IMG/VR virus record: IMGVR_UViG_3300034157_000066
Reading direction: 5' to 3' (one strand)
Source: a virus
Lineage: Duplodnaviria; Heunggongvirae; Uroviricota; Caudoviricetes
DNA: 64,000 bases
Shown in pieces: positions 8,515-16,310 of the stretch (within the stretch, counting starts at the first letter, position 1; the number at the start of each line of letters is the position of its first letter). Made by a program: the position numbers and the translations under genes. The notes under the pieces are model-generated. The model saw only the letters and a program-made list of their open reading frames with translations. It made no database searches and was not told the origin of the DNA.

Positions 8515-9222
8515 TTAAATAGCTATTCGACAGACTTGATAAGTTGATTGCTCTGCATTAACAAGTGGCCCCATATAATATCTGTATCCACCAGAAACTA
8601 CAGATGTAAGATTTGTATGGACAGGGTTGTCAAAGATTGTTGCACCTTTCCAATAAATTGCTGTACCCCATCCATATCCAAAATAATTGTCATATCCTAA
8701 ATAATAATAAGAATTATTACTATAATCACTATAATTGTGCCATTTATAGTCACATTCTGGTTGGGCTTTTGTTCCTGTATTTGTTCTGCTTGATGATACA
8801 ACAATGATTTGATCTTCTGTGGATTGTATTCCCTTGTATCTAATAGCTTTCGTTGTTGATTCTTGTTCTCGTTCCTGTATTGAACGTGTTTGTGATTGCT
8901 GACAATTTGTAGCTGTTTGATTGAAGGATTCTCCCAAATTTACAGTAGATGGTTCAGGTGACCAATTATTACACCCAGTAATTGCTCCACTATCAATCCA
9001 TTCACTATATTCTGGGCTGATTACCAACCAATTTTCAGAAGGTGTTTCTGGAATTGTTGGTACCTCTGGATCTGTGGGTGCTTCAGTGGTTGGTTTAAAT
9101 TGAATAGATCCTGATTGTATGTGTCCACCATTATTAGATTCAAGTGGGAAATTTAACATATATCCAGCTTGAATTATGTTTATTGATAGTGCTGCAAATG
9201 ACACAAGTATTATTCTTTTCAT
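8515..9222 (-). CDS. secreted protein (235 aa): signal peptide, Pro/Thr/Glu-rich linker, Cys-repeat, Cys-bounded aromatic-rich C-terminal domain ending YQVCRIAI
   Basis: MKRIILVSFAALSINIIQA|GYMLNFPLES; GCNNWSPEPS...QTATNCQQSQTRS.QEREQESTTKAIRYKG; own TATAAT promoter at ~9262. Confidence 0.75.
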   Translation of the reverse strand: MKRIILVSFAALSINIIQAGYMLNFPLESNNGGHIQSGSIQFKPTTEAPTDPEVPTIPETPSENWLVISPEYSEWIDSGAITGCNNWSPEPSTVNLGESFNQTATNCQQSQTRSIQEREQESTTKAIRYKGIQSTEDQIIVVSSSRTNTGTKAQPECDYKWHNYSDYSNNSYYYLGYDNYFGYGWGTAIYWKGATIFDNPVHTNLTSVVSGGYRYYMGPLVNAEQSTYQVCRIAI

Positions 9223-9403
9223 ATGTTATTGTTAGTTTGTTATATATTATAGTATCATGAAGTAACATATTTAAAAGCATTATGTCTTTATTTAATAAAT
9301 TGTATACATTTTAATTATATGTTTTCATAAATGAATTTTTATTGCTTATTTTTCTATTTCCTGTATAATATGCAATTATTAATTCAAATACAGGACACAT
9401 AAA

Positions 9404-9670
9404 ATGCCTCGCACATCAGAAGATGCTTTTCAAAATGGTCAACGTTACAGCATTTGTGATAACACTGGTTTTATTGAGGCTAATGCTAGCTTCATTTACC
9501 GTGGACACTTGATTTCCTTCTCGACTATCGGGTATAATAAACCCATTCAGCAGAACCATGTTTTGGTTATCGGTAGCAATGGTAACAGCGACATTATTAA
9601 AGAATTCGATAGCGTCGAGTCGGCCATCGTCAACATCAATAACTGGTTGAGCAACCATAATCCGAGCTAA
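9404..9670 (+). CDS. hypothetical protein (88 aa)
   Basis: Promoter ctgTATAAT ~9362-9370, ATG with A-rich leader. Confidence 0.55.
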   Translation: MPRTSEDAFQNGQRYSICDNTGFIEANASFIYRGHLISFSTIGYNKPIQQNHVLVIGSNGNSDIIKEFDSVESAIVNINNWLSNHNPS

Positions 9671-9699
9671 TCAGTAATCATTTTCTTAGGAGACTTATC

Positions 9700-10461
9700 A
9701 TGCTTCGTAACGTAACCATTCAGGGCAGATACATTGAAGGCACTTGGCTGCTTTTGGAATCATTCAATGAGTTGACTGAATACATGGAGTTCACTTCGGG
9801 CCGTGTGGTTCAGCAAATCACCCGCCTGTTGAGAAGCAAGGTCAGCCCTGAACGTTGGGATCACATGATTACTCGCACACCAGAAGGCAGTATATTGGCG
9901 GCTTCCATCATCTATTGCCAAGCCCACGGCAAAAGCCCATTGATTGAAATGGATGGAATCATTCAGCAAAAGTTTTTGAACATGGCTAATAATATTTCCC
10001 AAGGCAAAAAGCTTCTGGTTAACCCGTTGGGTGGTTATTGCTACATGACAGACGACATTTCCATTCTGTCGGAAGAAGCCTTTGAAACAGGCTTTCAGTT
10101 GACTTACACCATCAATGAAAACACTCAATACATCAATCTGGAAAATGATCCAGAACTTGAAGAACGCACACGTCAGTATTTGGGTGAACGAGATCCGAAT
10201 TACTCCTACATCTTGAACCTTCACAAGTTCAGTAAAGACGATTTGATCAAGGTGTTCACCGAATTCAAAGAAAATGGCGGTTCGATTGTTCATGTGTACA
10301 CCACAGGCACCAACGTGCCACAGATGTATGAATGCTTTGACGCAGCCAAAGAAGCTGGCTTGAATGACTTTGTTTTTGAATTCAATGCTGGAACTGAAAA
10401 CGGTATTGCAGAGTTCATCAGTCATATCAAACCTTTGTGCAATCTTACTTTGGTAGTGTGA
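9700..10461 (+). CDS. hypothetical protein (253 aa)
   Basis: RBS cttAGGAGActtatcATG; long ORF. Confidence 0.65.
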   Translation: MLRNVTIQGRYIEGTWLLLESFNELTEYMEFTSGRVVQQITRLLRSKVSPERWDHMITRTPEGSILAASIIYCQAHGKSPLIEMDGIIQQKFLNMANNISQGKKLLVNPLGGYCYMTDDISILSEEAFETGFQLTYTINENTQYINLENDPELEERTRQYLGERDPNYSYILNLHKFSKDDLIKVFTEFKENGGSIVHVYTTGTNVPQMYECFDAAKEAGLNDFVFEFNAGTENGIAEFISHIKPLCNLTLVV

Positions 10462-10520
10462 TAACGGAAAAATAACCCCTTCCTTGGGGTTTTATTAAAT
10501 TCAATTAGGAGTGACAGATA

Positions 10521-11108
10521 ATGACTATGACCGCTATTGAACTTCGCAAAGACCTCCTTATTTGGGTGGATCTTGAAACGACTGGCTTGGATATTGCTGA
10601 CAAGTTGTCGGGTGCTCAGTGTCATAAAATCCTTGAAGTCGGTATTCATATTACCGATTCGAAATTCAATATCATTGATGAAGGCTTTGAAGTGGTTATT
10701 CATCATGACGTTGAAGAAGCCAAAGCACTGGCAAATGATTACGTTCGCAATATGCACATCACCAGTGGCTTGTGGGATCGTGTTGACGCATCGCCTGTTT
10801 CGTTGGCCGAAGCAGAAAAAATGATTTTGGCTTATATCGCTCAATTCAACATCGCTCCGGGTTCCAGTCCAATTTGTGGTAACAGTGTTTCGCTGGATCG
10901 CAACTTTATCATGGCCCAAATGTCAACCTTTGCGAGCATCCTGCATTACCGCATCATTGACGTAAGCACTCTTAAAGAAATCGTGTGGCGTGTGAAACCA
11001 GAAGTGGGTATGATGGTTAAAAAGCAAGAAAAACATCGTGGACTTGAAGACATTAAAGAGTCCATTGCGGAATATAAAATTTATGAAGAGTTCTTTTTTG
11101 TAAAATAA
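10521..11108 (+). CDS. orn: oligoribonuclease (Orn, DEDDh 3'-5' exoribonuclease)
   Basis: WVDLETTGLD (Exo I), SPICGNSVSLDRNF (Exo II), HYRIIDVSTLKE...W.VKPE and C-terminal H/D motif closely match bacterial Orn; RBS ttAGGAGtgacagataATG; terminator 11143-11163. Confidence 0.8.
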   Translation: MTMTAIELRKDLLIWVDLETTGLDIADKLSGAQCHKILEVGIHITDSKFNIIDEGFEVVIHHDVEEAKALANDYVRNMHITSGLWDRVDASPVSLAEAEKMILAYIAQFNIAPGSSPICGNSVSLDRNFIMAQMSTFASILHYRIIDVSTLKEIVWRVKPEVGMMVKKQEKHRGLEDIKESIAEYKIYEEFFFVK

Positions 11109-11142
11109 CATAGAATTGTTTAAACTCTACAATACACCTTAA

Positions 11143-11163
11143 AACCTCTTCGGAGGTTTTTTC
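11143..11163 (+). terminator. rho-independent terminator (CUUCGG-type hairpin)
   Basis: aacctcttcggaggttttttc. Confidence 0.75.
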
Positions 11164-11241
11164 TATTCAGATGAATTAAATCCTTTTTTTTTGAAACCAT
11201 TTTGTGTTATACTCATTTCATAATTTAAAGAGGCTTTACCC

Positions 11242-11694
11242 ATGAAAGAACATCAAAACCTGATTACTGCTACCAACGTCTATGCTTGCATTGTAAACGT
11301 CAACAAACTGAAACGAGCATTGGAAGAAAGCCCCGAAGGCTTTATTGAACGCTTGACTTCTTTGCTGCCAGATACGGGTGAAGACTTGATTAAGGCTGAT
11401 CTGGAAGAAGTGTCTGAAGCCTATATCTCTGACCCTTGCAAAGAACATCTGCAAAACCTGATGGAATTCATCATGGAAATTGACCATGTAATCATTTTTG
11501 ATAAAGTGGCTCTTGAAACCACTGAACTCAACAAACTGGCTCAGTATGCTGCAGATACTTTTCTGGATGATGACTATCCACGAGAAACTGAACTGAGCAC
11601 TTCACGGGTTAATCAGCAAATGAAGGGCAATGAAGCTGCAATTAAAGCGGCTACTGCTGCCTTTGAGAAATCCCTTCGTGAAAAGTTCATGTAA
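11242..11694 (+). CDS. hypothetical acidic protein (150 aa)
   Basis: Promoter tgTTATACT ~11205, RBS aaagaggctttacccATG, terminator aaggtcacttcggtggccttttt ~11714. Confidence 0.65.
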   Translation: MKEHQNLITATNVYACIVNVNKLKRALEESPEGFIERLTSLLPDTGEDLIKADLEEVSEAYISDPCKEHLQNLMEFIMEIDHVIIFDKVALETTELNKLAQYAADTFLDDDYPRETELSTSRVNQQMKGNEAAIKAATAAFEKSLREKFM

Positions 11695-11804
11695 ATAAAT
11701 CATCAATGAAAAAAAGGTCACTTCGGTGGCCTTTTTGTTTCTTAAAAATGTTGTTTTTAATGATGGCTTTTGGTATAATAGCTTATCAACTCGATAGGTG
11801 ACTT

Positions 11805-12095
11805 ATGAGCCAAGTATACGAATTTCCACTGTTGACCGAATCTGAATACAACGCAATGTGCATCCTGCGTCAACAACAGTCCATCTCTATCGACAAGATT
11901 GAGGACAAATCGTATGTTGATTGCATGAACACCATCATTCCCGGTCGGAGTATTTTCAACAAACTGATTAAGAAAGATCTTTGTTATGAAACCATTGAAG
12001 ACCCGATGCCAGATGGCACCGAATTTACACCGTCTATTGACTTGACTGATAAAGGTGTGGCAATGTGCCATGAGCTTGAAAAATACATGAAATAG
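11805..12095 (+). CDS. hypothetical protein (96 aa)
   Basis: Promoter aaaatgttgtttttaatg...tgGTATAAT (11740-11778), RBS aggtgacttATG. Confidence 0.65.
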   Translation: MSQVYEFPLLTESEYNAMCILRQQQSISIDKIEDKSYVDCMNTIIPGRSIFNKLIKKDLCYETIEDPMPDGTEFTPSIDLTDKGVAMCHELEKYMK

Positions 12096-12204
12096 TGGAA
12101 TATTTTTCACTTTTAAAAAGTTTTTAAAAAATATCATTTTTGCTATTTACTTAATGTGTTTTTTGTTGTATAATAAAAGTCTAATAAACAAAGGTATTTA
12201 TATT

Positions 12205-12336
12205 ATGCAAGGTTCATTTGGTGACGCAACAGAACGTTTCCGTGGTGGCAAAAAACGTGACACAGAAAAAGCAAAAACTCATGAGCAAGACAAAAACTGG
12301 CGAAAGAAGCGTCGTGATCGTCACGTTAACGAATAA
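12205..12336 (+). CDS. small highly basic protein (43 aa), copy 1 of MQGSFGDA.ERFRGGKK family
   Basis: Promoter ttgTATAAT ~12167-12175; MQGSFGDATERFRGGKKRDTEKAKTHEQDKNWRKKRRDRHVNE; paralogs at 53796 and 60667. Confidence 0.65.
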   Translation: MQGSFGDATERFRGGKKRDTEKAKTHEQDKNWRKKRRDRHVNE

Positions 12337-12352
12337 CGAATTTTACAATTTT

Positions 12353-12425
12353 GGCTGTTTGTAGTTCAGTTGGCAGAACTCCGTCGAAAAACGGTAGTCG
12401 TGGGTTCGAATCCCATCATACAGCC
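12353..12425 (+). tRNA. tRNA-like element with canonical D- and T-arms but non-canonical anticodon arm (pseudo-tRNA or unusual tRNA)
   Basis: 73 nt; D-loop AGTTGGCA, T-arm GTGGG-TTCGAAT-CCCAT, acceptor ~6-7 bp with one T.T; anticodon region CCGT-CGAAAA-ACGG gives 4-bp stem + 6-nt loop (or 3 bp + 8 nt); followed by terminator gaccactttcgagtggttttttt. Confidence 0.5.
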
Positions 12426-12620
12426 TTTATACACTAAGACCACTTTCGAGTGGTTTTTTTATTGATTTTTTATATTATGTAATGATAATCATTCTCATTT
12501 TTTTATTGACTTGACTTATTGCTGTGTTACACTATTGAATACTTTTCTATCATTATGATAAAGAATACTAAACGAATATAGATTGCGTTTTTTGCATCTA
12601 GCTATTAGGAGAATTAAATA

Positions 12621-12932
12621 ATGAAAAAGATAATGTTTGCCTGTTTACTGGTCGTCCCATTAACATCTATTGCGGTGATTGCTAATACCACTGATGTCAT
12701 TAAATCCCGAAATGATCAGTTAGCCGAATTGGTTAAAGACTCATTTTACTCTGATGTGTCTCGTTTGAACTTGACGCCCGATCAATACACCACTATTGTT
12801 AGAAAAATCAGGACTACTAATGATGGGCTGACGACTGAAATTAAAGAAGTCCTTGATGATGACCAAAAAGATACATTTGAAACCATTATGGAAGAGAAAA
12901 AAGCATCTATGGGTGATAAAATAGGCTTTTAA
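12621..12932 (+). CDS. secreted small protein with signal peptide (103 aa)
   Basis: RBS ttAGGAGaattaaataATG; MKKIMFACLLVVPLTSIAVIA|NTTD. Confidence 0.65.
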   Translation: MKKIMFACLLVVPLTSIAVIANTTDVIKSRNDQLAELVKDSFYSDVSRLNLTPDQYTTIVRKIRTTNDGLTTEIKEVLDDDQKDTFETIMEEKKASMGDKIGF

Positions 12933-13119
12933 AATTTCAATAAATTTACTTACCTTAAAAAAGAAGCCTGCAATGGTTTCTTTTTATTTTACTTTTATAT
13001 AATTAATTTTTATAATAATATCTTTTTTTAGATTAATCATATATTTAAGAATCTCTCTTGCCTTTTTACTTTAATACTATTTAATAAGAAATAAACAGTT
13101 CATTAATTCTGAGGTAAAA

Positions 13120-14004
13120 ATGACAAAGAAATATATTTTAGTGCTAATTGCTCTATCCAGTTTAGGCACTATATCGCAAGCTGATTATCAAATTAGAATT
13201 CCAATTCAACAGGCAATCTCTTTCAAGGATGTTACTTCTGGGGGTGGATCAGGCGGTAGTGGCGGCAATGGTAATGGTGGCAGCAACGGTGGTGGTGGAT
13301 TAGTTTTTACTGACCCTACTATATTAGCTGCTTATGAGGAAAAGTGTGGAGCATTTCCTAACAAAATAAATCCGTTGGCTGATCCTATACGAGACTATGA
13401 CATTAGTTGTGGTGATTATTCAAATAGAGATCTTTCTGGTTATGTGCTTGATAAAACAGGTATGCTTTTTACTAATTTTGCAAATTCAATATTAGATGGA
13501 GCTATATTAGGTGATTCTAGCTTGGCTAACAGTAATCTATCAGGAGCATCCTTAATAGGTGCTCAGTTTACCGTAAATGGCGAAAGCACTACATTAACGA
13601 ATGCTGATATTAGTAATGCTAACTTAACAAATGCTTATATGAACAAATCATATTTAGAAAAAACTAATTTTACTGACTCTAATTTAACAGGTGCTGTATT
13701 AACTAACACTAGTTTTGTTGGTGCAAACTTGAAAAATGCTAACTTAACGAATACTAATTTTGACACTTCCTATGTTATTGATACGAATTTTACTAGTTCA
13801 AATTTTACAGGAGCCACATTAACTAATACTGCATTTATTAATACTAATTTTACTAACGCAAATTTGATTGGAGCTGATCTCAGCACCAGTGCGTTCAGCA
13901 ATGTTGATTTCACTAATATCTTGTATGATGCGACCACAAAATGGCCTTCATGGTACACACCACCACAATCTAGTAATGGATATCAGTTCACACCGCAATG
14001 GTAA
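13120..14004 (+). CDS. secreted pentapeptide-repeat protein (294 aa) with Gly-rich linker
   Basis: Signal peptide ...GTISQA|DYQIRIPIQQ (same AxY.I..P mature N-term as secreted family); GGGSGGSGGNGNGGSNGGGG; >20 tandem A(N/D)L(T/S)x pentapeptides (ANLTN, SNLTG, ANLKN, TNFTS, ADLST). Confidence 0.75.
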   Translation: MTKKYILVLIALSSLGTISQADYQIRIPIQQAISFKDVTSGGGSGGSGGNGNGGSNGGGGLVFTDPTILAAYEEKCGAFPNKINPLADPIRDYDISCGDYSNRDLSGYVLDKTGMLFTNFANSILDGAILGDSSLANSNLSGASLIGAQFTVNGESTTLTNADISNANLTNAYMNKSYLEKTNFTDSNLTGAVLTNTSFVGANLKNANLTNTNFDTSYVIDTNFTSSNFTGATLTNTAFINTNFTNANLIGADLSTSAFSNVDFTNILYDATTKWPSWYTPPQSSNGYQFTPQW

Positions 14005-14183
14005 GAAAAAGATTGACAAATTTGAAAAAGTGTTGTCTAAAACAACAACCAAAATGATTGAGATCTTCAATTATCAACCATTTTGAATAAGGCATTTTAA
14101 CCAAATGTCTTATTTTTTTGTCTTAAGTTGCGTTGTTGAACCTTTTGGGCTAAAATATTTTTAAATTAACATGGGACTTTCTA

Positions 14184-14639
14184 ATGATTTTAACTATCGA
14201 ACTTGTACCTAAATCTTGCTGGTTTTCTAACTTGCGAGATCACCTCACGGAAGCACAATGGAAAGAAGTCAAGCTTAGCACATTTAAGGCTGCAGATAAT
14301 CGTTGTGAAATCTGTCATGGTGTTGGGGATAAGTGGCCGGTAGAATGCCATGAGGTTTGGGAATATGACGATATCAATAAGGTACAGCGTCTGGCAAGAA
14401 CTGTTGCTCTTTGCCCATCATGTCATCAAGTTAAGCATATAGGTATGGCGATGGTTACTGGTCGTTACAATCATGCAAAATCACATTTCTCAGCTATCAA
14501 TAAAGTCCCTATGAGACAAGCAGAACGCTATATTGATAAAGCCTTCAACTTGTTTAATGACCGATCAAAGTTTGAATGGACACTAGACATTTCTTGGATT
14601 AACCAAAACTTCGGATTCACTATTAAAGAAAAACGTTAA
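14184..14639 (+). CDS. HNH-like zinc-finger endonuclease family protein (151 aa)
   Basis: CEICHG...ECHEVWEYDD.N...CPSCHQVKH arrangement (CxxC...H...N...CxxC-H) typical of HNH nucleases. Confidence 0.5.
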   Translation: MILTIELVPKSCWFSNLRDHLTEAQWKEVKLSTFKAADNRCEICHGVGDKWPVECHEVWEYDDINKVQRLARTVALCPSCHQVKHIGMAMVTGRYNHAKSHFSAINKVPMRQAERYIDKAFNLFNDRSKFEWTLDISWINQNFGFTIKEKR

Positions 14640-14701
14640 TATATTGACTTTTTAAAGACTTTAAATAAACTATAGTAATAACATTTTGGAGTATTAGTAT
14701 T

Positions 14702-14986
14702 ATGTTTTTTTCTTTATTTTTAATATCTTATTTGATAGCAAGTTTAACATTAAGTATCGTTTATTATGACTATTATGCTGCATTTTATTTGGTTGCTGTT
14801 AATCTTATCATGATGATATTAATTATGAAAGATAGAATCTTTGTTAATTTATACAAAAAATTAGAGAAAAAAGATCCTTCTATTTCAATAGGTCTAGGCA
14901 TTTTTCAGTGTGTCTACATGATTTTAATTTTGCCTATTCTTTTCTTTAAAATCATGACAAGTATTGTTTCATATTTTGTTTCTTGA
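14702..14986 (+). CDS. small hydrophobic membrane protein (94 aa)
   Basis: RBS ttGGAGtattagtattATG; two predicted TM segments; very AT-rich. Confidence 0.5.
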   Translation: MFFSLFLISYLIASLTLSIVYYDYYAAFYLVAVNLIMMILIMKDRIFVNLYKKLEKKDPSISIGLGIFQCVYMILILPILFFKIMTSIVSYFVS

Positions 14987-15067
14987 TTAAAAAAAAATAC
15001 GATATTGCTTGCCCCAAAATCATATTCTTGATAGAATAGTCTCATCAAAACCTAGAAGGTGATTGTT

Positions 15068-15301
15068 ATGACTATCCGTTCCCGTGAAGAAATGGCTCGA
15101 AAAGTTCAAATTGACCTCGGAGGTCAATCAGGAAATTCTTTTGCCCTTATGGCTATTGCCGAAAATATCGGTAAGCAACTGGGTGTTCCGAAAGATGAGC
15201 GTGATTCTATTACCAAGGACATGATGTCAAGTGACTACGAACATCTGGTTGCCACACTGGAAAAGCATTACGGTGATTATATCGACATTTACGAGGTGTA
15301 A
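15068..15301 (+). CDS. hypothetical protein (77 aa)
   Basis: RBS agAAGGTGattgttATG; track ORF 15059 trimmed. Confidence 0.6.
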   Translation: MTIRSREEMARKVQIDLGGQSGNSFALMAIAENIGKQLGVPKDERDSITKDMMSSDYEHLVATLEKHYGDYIDIYEV

Positions 15302-15400
15302 TCTATTTTTTAGTGTGGTTTTCACTTAAAAATGATAGCCACACTCATAAAACTCTGTTATAATACATCTACACAATCAGCAAGAGCAAGGATATAAATC

Positions 15401-15724
15401 ATGTTCCCTCATTCAATCGTCACTGCCGATGTCATCAAGGTTGACTACGACTCAGCTAAGTTCGTGGTTGATGGGAAAAATGGAAAAGAAGAAGTGGCTA
15501 CACGCTTTTTCTGCACCATCCTTGTTCGGGGTGGTTTCATCTTCCGCCATACCAGTCAACTGCTGGATGAGGTAACCGCCTCCAATGTCACCGAAAAGAT
15601 TTACTCCCATGTCTTCAATGACAAGGGCACTGTAAATATGAAATTTTGGCAAGAATACCAATCGACATCCAGCACGCCACTGCTTGAAAAAATGCAGCTT
15701 GAAGCTCATCTCGAAACAGCGTAA
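15401..15724 (+). CDS. hypothetical protein (107 aa)
   Basis: Promoter tgTTATAAT ~15355-15363, RBS caAGGAtataaatcATG. Confidence 0.6.
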   Translation: MFPHSIVTADVIKVDYDSAKFVVDGKNGKEEVATRFFCTILVRGGFIFRHTSQLLDEVTASNVTEKIYSHVFNDKGTVNMKFWQEYQSTSSTPLLEKMQLEAHLETA

Positions 15725-15776
15725 ACTACTACTTCTTTGGGAGTGTTAAACTCCCACATCTCTTTTAAGGATTACC

Positions 15777-16175
15777 ATGACACAAGTTACTCAGCTAGAA
15801 CGCGAAGTTATCTCCAGTATTGCAAAACTGGGCTATCGTTCAGTCAAGACCTCCGAAATTCACACCATTTCTGACATCATTAAAAAAGCACAAGTGAATG
15901 CCGTTCTGTTGAACTTGAAACGGAAAGGCATGGTTACTATTATGGTTGATGGCATTGCTTCTCTTACCGTCCAAGGGCTTAACTCTTTCAACACCAACTA
16001 TGGTGAGCAAGCCATTTCTGATGTTCAAAGTGCTCATAATGCTAAAATGCTCTTTGGTCGCCCGATGAGCCGTAATGAATTGACATTTGTGAACAAGTGC
16101 ATCGACATTCGTAATCAGGGTGTCAAAGTAGGTAAAACCATCAAAGGGATTAAGGTATGGCTCAACCGCCGTTAA
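15777..16175 (+). CDS. hypothetical protein (132 aa)
   Basis: RBS ttAAGGAttaccATG; terminator gagaagcttaggcttctttttttt ~16196-16220. Confidence 0.6.
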   Translation: MTQVTQLEREVISSIAKLGYRSVKTSEIHTISDIIKKAQVNAVLLNLKRKGMVTIMVDGIASLTVQGLNSFNTNYGEQAISDVQSAHNAKMLFGRPMSRNELTFVNKCIDIRNQGVKVGKTIKGIKVWLNRR

Positions 16176-16310
16176 TTTGACGGTTACTGTAAAAAAAGAG
16201 AAGCTTAGGCTTCTTTTTTTTGTACATTTTGTTTATACATTTTGTTAAGTCATATAATTGACACATATGAAATTACTTGTATTATAGTATTAACAATAAT
16301 AATAAAAATC

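Noticed and set aside
9760-10425. Long antisense ORFs opposite real genes, including 9760..10425, 10422..10919, 30601..31179, 31620..32165, 36205..36756, 36760..37326, 39277..39891, 39943..40395, 40665..41429, 43843..44271, 44414..44932, 19824..20360 and 33027..33554
   Set aside because: All lack promoter and RBS signals and lie fully within better-supported plus-strand genes that have complete expression signals; typical shadow ORFs.
10537-10824. 95-aa alternative-frame ORF inside orn, and similar same-strand overlapping ORFs (7271..7534, 8613..8807, 29639..29911, 30135..30467, 44574..44780, 48113..48433, 60997..61200)
   Set aside because: Overlap well-supported genes out of frame; no independent signals.
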